DNA of 64,000 nt from an uncultured Alphaproteobacteria bacterium (GCA_902563305.1 CACEWP010000001.1:40130-104129), one strand, 5' to 3'; positions 45,899-57,097 are shown, counted from the stretch's first letter. Program-made: numbers and translations. Notes: generated by a model from the sequence alone, not told the origin.

Positions 45899-47158
45899 CT
45901 AAGAAGATTTGTATTTTTCAAACGTTATAGAAAATGATGACCCTTTGTTAACTTCGGATTGAATATTTAATTGTGCATTATGTCTGTTTAAAATATGTTT
46001 GACAATTGAGAGACCAAGGCCGGTGTGACCAGTATCTCTTGGTCTTGAGGTATCAATTCTATAGAACCTTTTGGTCAGCATTGGAATATTTTGATTTGAA
46101 ATTCCAATGCCAAAATCTTGCACAAGAAACACTACGGTATTTAGTTTTGTCATTAATTTTATTTGTACAGGTTTCTTGGACTGACTGTGGGTTAAAGCAT
46201 TTTCTATGATATTAAAAAAAACTTGCTCTAATTCTGATTCATCACCAATAATCTCAGTTTTTCTTCTAGGAATTGAAAACTGATATTTTGTTTTGCTCAA
46301 AAACTTTCTTTCTTTACATGTTTTTCGAATATTTTCCAAAATTTCGTTAAGATTAACCTTGCCTTCAGGGGGGATATATTCAATCCTTTCAATTCGTGTA
46401 AGAGAAAGCAGATCTTTAACTAACGATGACATTCGGCTAGCTTCATTGAACATAGTTTTAAGGAATTCTTCCTTTTTTGAATTTTTTTTGGGAGACTCAT
46501 TTATTAAAGTCTCACAGTATCCAATAATTGATGCAATTGGAGTTTTTAATTCATGACTAGCATTTGCTATAAAATCTCTCTGAATATTCTGAATATTGTG
46601 TTGAGATGTCGTATCAAATAGTCTGATGAAATTTAATTTATTTTTCCCCAAATCTCTTCTGCCAGAAACCCAAATATTAAAGATTTTTTCCTTTGGATAA
46701 ATTAAATTCAACTCTCTCTCAACAGGTTTCTTTTGCTTAACAGATTCGTCAATAAGCAAACTTAGTTCTGGAATTCTAAGCGTTGAATAAATATTTTTTT
46801 GTTTTGAATCTTCTCCAAAAAATTCAATAGCTTGTTCATTCATTTCAATAATAATATTATTCTGGTCAATAATAAGAAGTGGATCTGGGAAAAACTGAAA
46901 AAAATAGTCATAAAAAAAAATTCTCAAGCGGGCGGATTTAGAATTTTCGTTTAGACTTTTGATAATTAGATTTGTATTAAAAATAATTGGTTGAAATAAA
47001 TTAAAAAAGAAAACTTTGTCTGAGCGAATACCCTTCCCTTTGAAGCTTTGAAGGGATTTACTAATAATCTTCAAATCTTTTATGAAAATTACCAATAAAA
47101 CTAATAGGATTAAAAACATAAAAAGAAATACGATAATTATGTCTTTATGAATAAACAT
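45899..47158 (-). CDS. phoR: Phosphate regulon sensor histidine kinase PhoR
   Basis: TM, PAS, DFIANASHELKTP H-box, N/G boxes, RFYRID..R and TGLGLSIVKH motifs; context within the Pho island. Confidence 0.88.
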   Translation of the reverse strand: MFIHKDIIIVFLFMFLILLVLLVIFIKDLKIISKSLQSFKGKGIRSDKVFFFNLFQPIIFNTNLIIKSLNENSKSARLRIFFYDYFFQFFPDPLLIIDQNNIIIEMNEQAIEFFGEDSKQKNIYSTLRIPELSLLIDESVKQKKPVERELNLIYPKEKIFNIWVSGRRDLGKNKLNFIRLFDTTSQHNIQNIQRDFIANASHELKTPIASIIGYCETLINESPKKNSKKEEFLKTMFNEASRMSSLVKDLLSLTRIERIEYIPPEGKVNLNEILENIRKTCKERKFLSKTKYQFSIPRRKTEIIGDESELEQVFFNIIENALTHSQSKKPVQIKLMTKLNTVVFLVQDFGIGISNQNIPMLTKRFYRIDTSRPRDTGHTGLGLSIVKHILNRHNAQLNIQSEVNKGSSFSITFEKYKSS

Positions 47159-47197
47159 GAAAATGATTTAATAGATTGTATACTAATTTAAATTAAT

Positions 47198-49870
47198 ATG
47201 AAATTAAAACAACCTGATATAAAAGGTTTCACCTCTGATAAAAAAAAAATAGAGTCCTCAAAACCAACCCCAATGATGCAACAATACCTTGAGGTAAAAG
47301 ATAGGCATCAAGATTATTTACTTTTTTATAGGATGGGCGATTTTTATGAGCTTTTTTTTGAAGATGCTGTTTTAGCTTCGTCAGTATTAGGTATTGCCCT
47401 TACTAAGCGAGGTAAATTAAATGATAAAGATATTCCAATGTGCGGAGTTCCAGCACATGCATCTCAAACATATTTATCTAGATTAATTGACCAAGGTCAC
47501 AAAGTAGCAGTTGCAGAACAGTTGGAGGATAAAGATTCTTCACCAAAAAATAAGAAAATCTTCACAAGAGATGTTGTAAAAATAATTACACCTGGAACAA
47601 TTCTGGATGATTCATTATTAGATTCCAAGTTTAATAATCATCTTGCAAGTATTTCATTTGTAAAAGGTGAAATTTCAATTTCATGGACTGATATGTCTAC
47701 AGGATCAATAAAGCTTCAGACAATAACAGGGAGTAATTCAATAAACGATGTATATGAATTAATAAATAAAATTGAACCCGAAGAAATAATATTATCTGAC
47801 CAAATTAATAAAATAAAGTTACTCGATTCAAGATTTAATTTATTTGAAAAAATAATTTCAAAGGTTCCCAATGAATTTTTTGATCCTCAAAATAATAAAT
47901 TAAAAATACAAGATTTTTTTCAAAACACTGCTATTGAATCTTTTGGTGACCTAAGAGAATCAGATTTTAGTGCTCTTGGGGCATTGATAAATTATGTAGA
48001 ACTTACACAAAAACAAAATATTCCACTGATCAATGACTTCCAAATCGTTAATAAATTAAACTTTATGCAAATAGACAACTTTTCTATGAGAAGCTTAGAA
48101 ATATTTGAAAAAAATGATGGGCAAAAAACCGGATGTCTTTTGGAAGTAATCGATAAAACCAAGACTGCAGCAGGTGGAAGACTATTAAAAGATTATTTAA
48201 AATATCCTTTAATAGAAAATAAAGAAATAAAAAAAAGACATCAGTTTGTTGAAACTTTTATAAAAAACTCCCTAACCATGACAAGAATAATTAACTTATT
48301 ATCATCTCAATCTGATGTCGAACGAGCTTTGTCGAGAGTTAGTGCAAAAATTAATAATCCGAGAGACTTATTACTACTAAAGAATTTCATAGAAAATTCT
48401 GAAAAAATTTTTCTGGAAGTCAAAGAAATCAAGAAAAAAGAGCTAGAGCATTTGTATCCAAGTAAGCAATCTATGGAAAACGCATCTAGAATAAAAGATC
48501 TTATTTCAAAAAATATAATTGAAGCCCCACCAATAAACCTAAATGAAGGAGGTGTTTTTAGGCAATATGTATCAAAGGATCTCGATTCGTTAAGAAATAT
48601 AAAAAATGAGAAACAAAAAGAAATTTTGGCTATGCAAGAAAAATATTGTCGAATTACTAACATATCAAACTTAAAAATAAAGTTTAATAACATTCATGGA
48701 TATTTTATTGAAGTGACAAATAAGAATGCAGAAAAAATTTCATATTCAAATGAATTTAAATTTACATTGATTCAAAATACAGTAAACAATTCCAGATTTC
48801 AAACAGACGAACTCTTAAAGGCTTCAATTGAAATACAAAACGCTCAAGAAGATGCAATTTTACTTGAGAAGAAACTATATTCACAAATCTGCAATGACAT
48901 TAATAAATCAAGTCAAGACGTTTATGTAATTTCAAAGAAAATTGCATTTATTGATGTCATTACGAATTTTGCTAACCTGGCAATAATAAAGAATTTCGTA
49001 AAACCTAATCTAATTGAGGAAACATCTTTAGATATTGTCGGAGGACGACATCCAGTAGTAGAGGAGAGTTTGCTGGAGAAATCCCAAGAATTCACTCCAA
49101 ATGACTGTAAAATGAATAGGGAAAACTTTGCATGGTTAATGACAGGGCCAAATATGGCGGGAAAAAGTACTTTTTTAAGACAAGTTGCAATAATTATTAT
49201 TATGAATCAGATAGGGTCTTTTGTACCAGCTGATTCTGCAAATATTGGAGTATTCGATAAAATTTTTACAAGGATTGGAGCTTCGGATAATTTGTCCAAA
49301 GGCATGTCAACATTTATGACAGAGATGGTTGAAACATCAAGAATCTTGAACGAAGCTACCAAAAACTCTTTAGTAATATTAGATGAGCTAGGAAGAGGTA
49401 CATCTACAGAAGATGGGTTGGCTATTGCACAAGCAGTATTAGAATATATTTTGATGAAAGTAAATTGTTTGACGTTATTTGCAACACATTTTAAGCAATT
49501 GTGTTTTTTAGCAGATCATTACAGTTCACTTAACTTAAAAACACTAAAAATAAAAAAATGGAATGATGAAATAGTTTTTCTTTACAAATTAATCGATGGA
49601 ATATCCGAGGGATCTTTTGGTATTCATGTAGCAAGTATGGCTGGAATTAAAAAACCAATTTTAGAAAGATCCAAAAAAATTCTTCAGAAGATTAATCCAG
49701 GCCAAAATGTAAACAAAGAATTAATTGATAAAGATGGTTTCAATAAAAAAACAGAAGAGGATAGAAAAAAAATTAATGATCTTATCAATATGCTTAATAG
49801 ATTAAATTTAGATGAAGTTAGTCCAAAAGATGCTCTAGATATTCTTTATGCTATGAAAAAAAACTTCTAG
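47198..49870 (+). CDS. mutS: DNA mismatch repair protein MutS
   Basis: TPMMQQY, RMGDFYE, TGPNMAGKST and DELGRGT motifs. Confidence 0.98.
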   Translation: MKLKQPDIKGFTSDKKKIESSKPTPMMQQYLEVKDRHQDYLLFYRMGDFYELFFEDAVLASSVLGIALTKRGKLNDKDIPMCGVPAHASQTYLSRLIDQGHKVAVAEQLEDKDSSPKNKKIFTRDVVKIITPGTILDDSLLDSKFNNHLASISFVKGEISISWTDMSTGSIKLQTITGSNSINDVYELINKIEPEEIILSDQINKIKLLDSRFNLFEKIISKVPNEFFDPQNNKLKIQDFFQNTAIESFGDLRESDFSALGALINYVELTQKQNIPLINDFQIVNKLNFMQIDNFSMRSLEIFEKNDGQKTGCLLEVIDKTKTAAGGRLLKDYLKYPLIENKEIKKRHQFVETFIKNSLTMTRIINLLSSQSDVERALSRVSAKINNPRDLLLLKNFIENSEKIFLEVKEIKKKELEHLYPSKQSMENASRIKDLISKNIIEAPPINLNEGGVFRQYVSKDLDSLRNIKNEKQKEILAMQEKYCRITNISNLKIKFNNIHGYFIEVTNKNAEKISYSNEFKFTLIQNTVNNSRFQTDELLKASIEIQNAQEDAILLEKKLYSQICNDINKSSQDVYVISKKIAFIDVITNFANLAIIKNFVKPNLIEETSLDIVGGRHPVVEESLLEKSQEFTPNDCKMNRENFAWLMTGPNMAGKSTFLRQVAIIIIMNQIGSFVPADSANIGVFDKIFTRIGASDNLSKGMSTFMTEMVETSRILNEATKNSLVILDELGRGTSTEDGLAIAQAVLEYILMKVNCLTLFATHFKQLCFLADHYSSLNLKTLKIKKWNDEIVFLYKLIDGISEGSFGIHVASMAGIKKPILERSKKILQKINPGQNVNKELIDKDGFNKKTEEDRKKINDLINMLNRLNLDEVSPKDALDILYAMKKNF

Positions 49871-49883
49871 AAAACAAAACTAA

Positions 49884-52448
49884 ATGGAGAAAATAATACT
49901 TCAAAAAATTAATCCAATTAAAAAATTTTTTTTAGTTGAAAGAGATAAAAACAAGAAAAAATTTTTGTTAGAAAATAAGGCACTAGGATACTGCAAACGA
50001 AACTCCAAATTAATTGACAGCCTGATCAATCAAATTTTTATTAATCTGAATGATTTAAAAATAAAATTAAATATTAACTTTTGTATTTGTGCGGTCGGTG
50101 GTTATGGAAGGGAGACAGTTGCACCATATTCTGATTTGGACCTTCTATTTTTATTTAATGATCAAACTGATAACACTAATATGCAAAAGATTGTTGAATT
50201 TATCCTTTTCCCTTTGTGGGATTTAGGCTTTAGCATTGGATATGCTGTGAGGAATATTGAAGAATCTATTTCTCTTTCGAGTAAGGACCACGTTATTCAA
50301 ACATCAATGTTAGACGCCAGATTTATTTGTGGGTCGCAAAAATTATATAACGATTTAATGAAAAGATTTAAAAATCAAATTGAAAAAAGTGGACTCAAAC
50401 TTCTTAAGAGTAAAATTATTGAGAGAAAAAAAAGATTAAATCAGATTAATTTTGATTACTTCAAAAATGAACCAAATTTAAAAGAAAGCGAGGGTTCATT
50501 GAGAGATATAAATCTTGTATTCTGGGGGCTAAACATTCTAAAGCTAACAAATAAACCCGAATTAAATAATTTTTCAAATTTTTTAACTATAAAAGAAAGA
50601 AGATTGCTTTTATCATCATACGAATTTCTATTACTTCTGAGATGTCATCTTCATCTTCAAAGTCAAAGATCCAACGACAAATTATCTTTTGATTATCAAA
50701 AAGCTATTTCAAAGAAAATTTATCAATCATCAATAATACAGGAAAAGGATAGCCCTAATATTTTTGCTGAAAAAATGATTAAAGATTATTTTAAACATAG
50801 TAAAAATACTAAAAATTTGGCAGAAATTTTTTCCAACATAATTGAAAATATTTTAAATAAAGAAATTAAAAAATATCTTTTTTCAATGCCTGAAAAAAAA
50901 CCTGTATCAATTCTTCAAAATTTTTTGACTAAACTTTCTAAGGGACGAGATAATGCCAAGGATAAGAGAATTATTCTAGAATATTTAAATAAATTAGATA
51001 AGTCTGAGATTTTAAATTCAAAAAATCTTAAACTCTTTAAAGAAATTTTCTTTTCAACTGAAAAGGAGAAGTTTATTACACTTTTTGATTTAGGTATCAT
51101 TTCAAAAATGATTCCCGAGTTTTCCAAAATCTATTATTTACCTCAATTTGATAGATATCATTCCTTATCTGTCGGGCAACACACATTAAAAGCTCTGAGT
51201 ATCCTAAAAGACCTTGAGCAGAAGAAAATCAGAAAAAGTAAATATAATTTTTTCTATGAAGAAATAAAAAAAAAATTTAATAAGAAGGCACTCTATTATG
51301 CAACATTACTTCATGACATAGGTAAAGGAAAAGGTGGTGCTCATAATGAAAAGGGAGCTAAAATTGCTAGAAAAGTTGTTTTAAGATTTGGAGAAAGTTT
51401 CAAAACAGCAGACGATACTTTTTGGTTGGTTTATAATCATTCAATATTAAGTGATGTTGCATTTAAAAAAGACTTAGAAGATCACTCAGTCATTAGAAAT
51501 ATTGCAAAAAAAATTAAAAATTTACAAAGGTTGAGAGCTTTATTTCTTCTTACAATTACAGATATTTCTGCAGTAGAGCAAGGGATATGGAATAATTGGA
51601 AAGCGACCTTACTAGGTAATCTATATTTAAAGCTTGAAAGACAAATTAAAAGCCCTGATAGAATTGTTGGTTTGAATGAAAAAATAGAGAAAATCAAAGA
51701 TAATATTTTGAGACATTCAAAAAAAATAACAATATCAAAATTGGATGAAATAGCAAAAATAACTTATCCAAATTATTGGCTTCTCCAATCCGAGAAAATG
51801 ATAATTTTTCAAATAGAGCATTTTAATTTAACTAAAGATAAATATTTTAATTTTATAATTAAAAAATCCGAAGATCAGTTTTTTGATTTGATACTAGTCA
51901 CACAAGACAGACCCAGGCTTTTCTTAAACTTAATATCGATTTTTGTTTCTGAGAATATTTCAGTTTATGAGGCAAGAATTTTTACATTAGATAATGGGAC
52001 AGTAATTGATACATTTAAATTTTCCCTTAACGATGAGAATAATTTTAATAAAACGGATTCGAAAAGAATATTAAACTCAATTAAAAAAAAAATTACAAAT
52101 CTAGGTGAAGGTAAAGAAATGCAAATCGGCAAAAATTTAGAATCTAAGATTAAAATTTTAAAAAGAAAAGTTGATGTAAATTTTGATAATGAATCTTCAT
52201 CGACTTACAGTATTTTAATTGTAAAAACAAATAATCGACCAAAGCTTCTTTATGATATCTCAAAGATCTTGATCAAAAATAATCTTATTATTTCAATGGC
52301 GAAGATTTCAACTAATGGAGATTTTGTTGAAGATAGCTTTCATTTGAGAAGCGAGTATGGTTTGAAGATTGAAAATAAAGATTCAATTAAAAATTTAGTG
52401 AATGAAATCATTGATAAACTTAATCATAATCTAAACGATGTTATTTAA
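49884..52448 (+). CDS. glnD: PII uridylyltransferase/uridylyl-removing enzyme
   Basis: AVGGYGR..PYSDLD, EPNLKE, QFDRYH, LLHDIGKG (HD) motifs and two ACT domains. Confidence 0.93.
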   Translation: MEKIILQKINPIKKFFLVERDKNKKKFLLENKALGYCKRNSKLIDSLINQIFINLNDLKIKLNINFCICAVGGYGRETVAPYSDLDLLFLFNDQTDNTNMQKIVEFILFPLWDLGFSIGYAVRNIEESISLSSKDHVIQTSMLDARFICGSQKLYNDLMKRFKNQIEKSGLKLLKSKIIERKKRLNQINFDYFKNEPNLKESEGSLRDINLVFWGLNILKLTNKPELNNFSNFLTIKERRLLLSSYEFLLLLRCHLHLQSQRSNDKLSFDYQKAISKKIYQSSIIQEKDSPNIFAEKMIKDYFKHSKNTKNLAEIFSNIIENILNKEIKKYLFSMPEKKPVSILQNFLTKLSKGRDNAKDKRIILEYLNKLDKSEILNSKNLKLFKEIFFSTEKEKFITLFDLGIISKMIPEFSKIYYLPQFDRYHSLSVGQHTLKALSILKDLEQKKIRKSKYNFFYEEIKKKFNKKALYYATLLHDIGKGKGGAHNEKGAKIARKVVLRFGESFKTADDTFWLVYNHSILSDVAFKKDLEDHSVIRNIAKKIKNLQRLRALFLLTITDISAVEQGIWNNWKATLLGNLYLKLERQIKSPDRIVGLNEKIEKIKDNILRHSKKITISKLDEIAKITYPNYWLLQSEKMIIFQIEHFNLTKDKYFNFIIKKSEDQFFDLILVTQDRPRLFLNLISIFVSENISVYEARIFTLDNGTVIDTFKFSLNDENNFNKTDSKRILNSIKKKITNLGEGKEMQIGKNLESKIKILKRKVDVNFDNESSSTYSILIVKTNNRPKLLYDISKILIKNNLIISMAKISTNGDFVEDSFHLRSEYGLKIENKDSIKNLVNEIIDKLNHNLNDVI

Positions 52449-54012
52449 AATAATTTCTATTGTAGGTTCTTTAACCTTTGTTAGCAGAATACTTGGTTAT
52501 ATGAGAGATTTACTTATTGCGAGAGTAATTGGTGCAGGTATGGTCTCTGATTGTTTTTTTGTAGCATTTAAGTTACCCAACTTATTTAGAAGAATTTTTG
52601 GAGAAGGAGCTATGAATGCAGCCTTTATTCCGGTTGTTTCTGGAGTCAAAACTAATTCTGGTAAAAAGGAATCAGATTATTTCTTTTCAAATATTTTTTC
52701 AATTTTATTAGTTTTTCTTTTTATTTTTATAATTTTAGTAGAAATTTTCATGCCATTATTCATTAGACTTATAGCTCCAGGCTTTTACTCAAATTCTGAT
52801 AAATTTATGCTTTCAATTGATTTGTCAAGGTTATCATTTCCATTTGTACTGTTTATTTGCTTAACATCATTAATGGGCGCATATTTAAACACACTAGGAA
52901 AATTTGCCTCTATGGCTGTAACACCTATTATTTTAAATATTACATTGATATTTGTTTTACTCATTTTTTTTAAAAATGAAGATAAAGTTTTAATCTCAAA
53001 TTCATTGAGTTTGTCTCTATCAATTGCAGGAATCATTCAAGCAATCTGGATGTATTACAATTTAAGGAAAAATAACTCAGGCTTATATTTAAATTTTTCT
53101 TTTAATAAGCTATTTAAGAAAAACAGAGAAAATCAAAAGTTTTTCAAATTACTATTTCCGGCAATTTTGGGAAATGGTGCATATCAACTAAACTTACTTA
53201 TCGATATGATTTTAGCATCAACATTACCAGACGGTTCTATATCTTATCTATATTATGCAGACAGAGTTAATCAACTACCACTCGGAGTATTAGGTATTGC
53301 AATAAGTACAGCATTATTGCCTCTATTATCATCCCAGATAAAAAAAAACCAATTACAAGAAGCAAATGAGAGTATTTCTAAAGCAGTAAAATTTGGAATA
53401 TTATTTTCTATTCCTGCATTTTTTGGAATTTTAATTTTTTCAAATGAAATAATTTCCTTTTTGTTCTTCAGGGGGGCGTTTGAATATACAGATGTGGGAC
53501 TAACCGCAACAGCATTAGTTGCTTTAAGTTTTGGTTTACCAGCTTTTATTATGATAAAAATTTTAGTTGTTCCATTCTTTGCAAATGAAGATACAAAAAC
53601 TCCAATAAAGATATCTTTAGCATGTATGTTAATTAATTTAATTTTAAACTTAATTTTAATCAGAGACTTTTATCATGTTGGATTAGCGATTTCGACATCA
53701 GCATCAGCCTGGATAAATACTTTTTTACTTTTTTATATATTAAAAAAAAGAAATAATTTTTCCTTTGACAAATCTATTATAAAAGTTTGTTTAAAAGTAT
53801 TTACGTCCTCAATTACAATGTCAATTCTAACCATTCAAATTCATAAAATGTTTTTAATAAATTTGTCGGAGTATTCTTTTTTTAATACCAATTTTGCTCT
53901 TGTTGTGTGTATAATTTTTGGAATAATTATTTATATTGCTACATTATATATTTTGGGCATAAAAGAATTTGAAATTGACAAATGGAAAAATCAGAAGAAG
54001 AAGCTAAACTAA
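52438..54012 (+). CDS. murJ: Lipid II flippase MurJ
   Basis: SRILGYMRD, AFKLPNLFRRIFGEGA and YADRVNQLPLG motifs. Confidence 0.96.
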   Translation: MLFKIISIVGSLTFVSRILGYMRDLLIARVIGAGMVSDCFFVAFKLPNLFRRIFGEGAMNAAFIPVVSGVKTNSGKKESDYFFSNIFSILLVFLFIFIILVEIFMPLFIRLIAPGFYSNSDKFMLSIDLSRLSFPFVLFICLTSLMGAYLNTLGKFASMAVTPIILNITLIFVLLIFFKNEDKVLISNSLSLSLSIAGIIQAIWMYYNLRKNNSGLYLNFSFNKLFKKNRENQKFFKLLFPAILGNGAYQLNLLIDMILASTLPDGSISYLYYADRVNQLPLGVLGIAISTALLPLLSSQIKKNQLQEANESISKAVKFGILFSIPAFFGILIFSNEIISFLFFRGAFEYTDVGLTATALVALSFGLPAFIMIKILVVPFFANEDTKTPIKISLACMLINLILNLILIRDFYHVGLAISTSASAWINTFLLFYILKKRNNFSFDKSIIKVCLKVFTSSITMSILTIQIHKMFLINLSEYSFFNTNFALVVCIIFGIIIYIATLYILGIKEFEIDKWKNQKKKLN

Positions 54013-55001
54013 TATTTTCTGGAGTTCAACCTACAGGAAATCTTCATCTAGGTAATTATCTTGGAGCTATAAAAAATTGGGTTGAATTACAAAAAAAAAC
54101 AAAATGTATCTTTTGTATCGTTGACCTTCATGCAATCACAACTCAAGATAATCAAAATCGAATTCTTAAAAATACGCGAGAGGTTGCTGCTGCATATATA
54201 GCATCAGGAATAGATCCAAAAAAAAATATTATTTTTGTTCAATCAAATGTAACAGGTCACAGTGAGCTTTCATGGATTTTAAGTTGTCACACTCCAATAG
54301 GTTGGTTGAACCGTATGACACAATTTAAAGACAAGGCTGGAAAAAATAAAGAAAGAGCTGCTCTAGGTTTGTATTCATATCCTGTCTTAATGGCTGCCGA
54401 TATTTTACTATACAAATCCACACATGTTCCTGTTGGAGAAGATCAAAAACAACACCTTGAATTAAGTAGAGATATAGCCCAAGCTTTTAACAGATATTAT
54501 GATGTAAATTTCTTTCCAGTTCCAGAACCAATTATAACTGGAAACGCAACTAGGGTTATGAGCTTAAAAGATGGTTCAAAAAAAATGAGCAAATCAGACC
54601 CTTCAGATCAATCTAGAGTAAATCTTTCAGATGATTCCGAAGAAATAAAAAAGAAAATACAAAAAGCTAAAACTGATTCTGAGCCATTTCCATCAAGTTT
54701 AGAAAATTTAGATGATCGTCCTGAAATTAAAAATTTAATAAATATTTTTTCTTCTCTCAAAAATAATTCACCAGAAGAAACTATTGCTCAATATTTATCA
54801 AAGGATTTTAAATATTTTAAAGAAGAACTAAGTAACTTGATCATAGAGAGAGTTTCAAAGATTTCATCTGAAATGCAAAAGCTTCTTAGAGATTATACTT
54901 ATCTTGATTCAATATTAATTCAAGGGAGTGAAAGAGCTAACGAGATTGCTGAAACAAACATTAAAGAGCTTAAAAAAATTATTGGATTTTTTGGATCATG
55001 A
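53982..55001 (+). CDS. trpS: Tryptophan--tRNA ligase
   Basis: SGVQPTG, HLGN, VGEDQ and KMSKS motifs. Confidence 0.98.
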   Translation: MEKSEEEAKLIFSGVQPTGNLHLGNYLGAIKNWVELQKKTKCIFCIVDLHAITTQDNQNRILKNTREVAAAYIASGIDPKKNIIFVQSNVTGHSELSWILSCHTPIGWLNRMTQFKDKAGKNKERAALGLYSYPVLMAADILLYKSTHVPVGEDQKQHLELSRDIAQAFNRYYDVNFFPVPEPIITGNATRVMSLKDGSKKMSKSDPSDQSRVNLSDDSEEIKKKIQKAKTDSEPFPSSLENLDDRPEIKNLINIFSSLKNNSPEETIAQYLSKDFKYFKEELSNLIIERVSKISSEMQKLLRDYTYLDSILIQGSERANEIAETNIKELKKIIGFFGS

Positions 55002-55912
55002 GTTTCTACCTTCCAATTGCAGATATCCAAATAAATTTATTATTGATTTTATTTTTTGGTTTTTTAGTTGGTTTCATGTCTGGATTATTTGGCGTAGGAG
55101 GTGGTTTTTTAATGACACCTTTATTGATATTTATGGGGATACCACCTGCTACAGCTGTGGGAACGGAGTCAGTTCAGATTCTTGGTTCTTCAGTCTCTGG
55201 AGCAATGGCACATGGACTTAAGAAAAATATAGATTATGAGATAGGAATCTTCCTTTTGATAGGAGGGATATTTGGTTCAACCATTGGTGTAATCTTATTT
55301 AACTTTTTAAAAGAATCAGGGAATATTGATCTTATTATAAAATTCTTGTACATACTTTTTTTGGCGATTATCGGAACATTAATGTTTATTGAAAGTACAA
55401 TATCACTTTTAAGGGACAATAAAGTTGAAATTTCTTCAAGAAAAAGAAAAAGAAGTTTTTTAGATTATTTACCTTTGAAACTCAAATTTAGACAATCTAA
55501 AATTTTTATTTCAATATTATTACCAATCTTTGTGGGAATTTTTGTTGGATTTTTGTCTTCCTTTATGGGTGTCGGTGGAGGTTTTGTAATGGTTCCCGCA
55601 ATGATTTATATCTTTGGAATGGGTACAGTGGTAGCAATTGGAACTTCGCTTTTCCAGATTGTTTTTGTAACTTTAAATGTTACAATCCTTCATGCTACTT
55701 TCAATTATTCTGTAGACCTAATATTGGCAATTTTTCTATTAGTTGGCGGTGTTATTGGAGCACAATATGGGTCAAAATTTACCTCAAGATTTAAAGGAGA
55801 GCAGATCAGAATTCTTTTAGCACTTATTGTTTTAATGGTTTGTATTAAGATGGGTATTGAATTAGTAAGTGAACCAAATGCAAACTCAAGGATAATTCTT
55901 CAAAATGTTTAG
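54998..55912 (+). CDS. TauE/SafE (TSUP) sulfite exporter family protein
   Basis: Two GLFGVGGG/MGVGGG repeats; multi-TM. Confidence 0.9.
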   Translation: MSFYLPIADIQINLLLILFFGFLVGFMSGLFGVGGGFLMTPLLIFMGIPPATAVGTESVQILGSSVSGAMAHGLKKNIDYEIGIFLLIGGIFGSTIGVILFNFLKESGNIDLIIKFLYILFLAIIGTLMFIESTISLLRDNKVEISSRKRKRSFLDYLPLKLKFRQSKIFISILLPIFVGIFVGFLSSFMGVGGGFVMVPAMIYIFGMGTVVAIGTSLFQIVFVTLNVTILHATFNYSVDLILAIFLLVGGVIGAQYGSKFTSRFKGEQIRILLALIVLMVCIKMGIELVSEPNANSRIILQNV

Positions 55913-56630
55913 AAATAAGAGATACATTGTTATGTTATTACTTTTTTCATTTTTTCTCGTAAAAAATGGTGAATCAGAAACTCTCATTTTTGATTTATCT
56001 GAGCGTTTTATTGAGGTTTCAGGTAACAAAAATAATCCAGACTTCACAATTTTCGGTTTCACTGATTCAAAAAGTTCTTTAGTTTTAAAAATAAAAGGTC
56101 CAGATCAAAAGGTAATTCTACAAAACAAGAAAAAAGTTTTAGGAATGTGGTCTTGGAATAAAACAGGAGAATTTATTTATCCAGGTCTTTTTCACTATTA
56201 TACTAATAAAAATGATGATGAAATTGATTTTGAAGTTAAAAAAGATCTTTTTGATAATGTTAAGTTAATAGGTAAAGATAATGATAATTTAAAAAAAGAT
56301 CTAATAAAAAAAAAAATGTCACTTGGTTTGTTCTTAATCAAAAACAATTCTTTTGAAACAATTAACAAGAAGTTGCCAAGTTTTTTCAAGATACCAATAA
56401 AATTACCTAAGAATTCTCCAGAAGGCACATACACAGTAAGTTTAAATATAATCGATAGTATTAACAATTTTGAAAGTAAGAAAGTAAAAATTAAGATCTA
56501 TAAACCAGGATTAAGTTCATTTATTTTTAAATTTGCCCATAAATTCTCATTTATATATGGACTTTTTTCTGCTATAATTGCGATAGGTCTAGGTTTATCA
56601 GCTGGTTTGATTTTTAGAAGATTTTTATGA
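55905..56630 (+). CDS. TIGR02186-like transmembrane protein
   Basis: Signal peptide, GP...KK..GMW, LP.N.P.G.Y and a C-terminal TM; usual partner of the TSUP gene. Confidence 0.7.
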   Translation: MFRNKRYIVMLLLFSFFLVKNGESETLIFDLSERFIEVSGNKNNPDFTIFGFTDSKSSLVLKIKGPDQKVILQNKKKVLGMWSWNKTGEFIYPGLFHYYTNKNDDEIDFEVKKDLFDNVKLIGKDNDNLKKDLIKKKMSLGLFLIKNNSFETINKKLPSFFKIPIKLPKNSPEGTYTVSLNIIDSINNFESKKVKIKIYKPGLSSFIFKFAHKFSFIYGLFSAIIAIGLGLSAGLIFRRFL

Positions 56631-57097
56631 CAGAAAAAGAACTTATATTCCTTGTTGTTCTTGATGATTCAAAGGAAATTTTTAATGCACTAAGGTATGC
56701 GGCAAGAAGAACAGCAAGAACTAATGGAAGGGTTGCGTTGCTTTATACTTTTGAGACACTTGAGTTTAGCCACTGGAAGGCAGTAGAGGATATTGCTGAG
56801 ATTGAGTTAAGGGAGGAGGCCGAGTCGAAAATCAAAGAGTATGAAAATTATGTTCTAACTTTTTCTAATAAGAAACCTAAAAAATTTATAATGAAGGGTG
56901 ACAGATTGGAATGTATTATTAAATTTTTAGATGCAAATAAGTTTATTTCAAATTTTGTATTAGCCTCTTCACTTAATAAATCTGGAGGTGGCCCTCTAAT
57001 TAATGCTTTTACAATGAAGCATAATGATAAGATCAAAGTTCCAATAACCATAATTCCTCCACTTTTAACAGAAGAAGAAATTGACAATTTGTCCTGA
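56627..57097 (+). CDS. Universal stress protein
   Basis: FLVVLDDS, ALRYAARR, GPLI and PITIIP motifs. Confidence 0.85.
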   Translation: MTEKELIFLVVLDDSKEIFNALRYAARRTARTNGRVALLYTFETLEFSHWKAVEDIAEIELREEAESKIKEYENYVLTFSNKKPKKFIMKGDRLECIIKFLDANKFISNFVLASSLNKSGGGPLINAFTMKHNDKIKVPITIIPPLLTEEEIDNLS

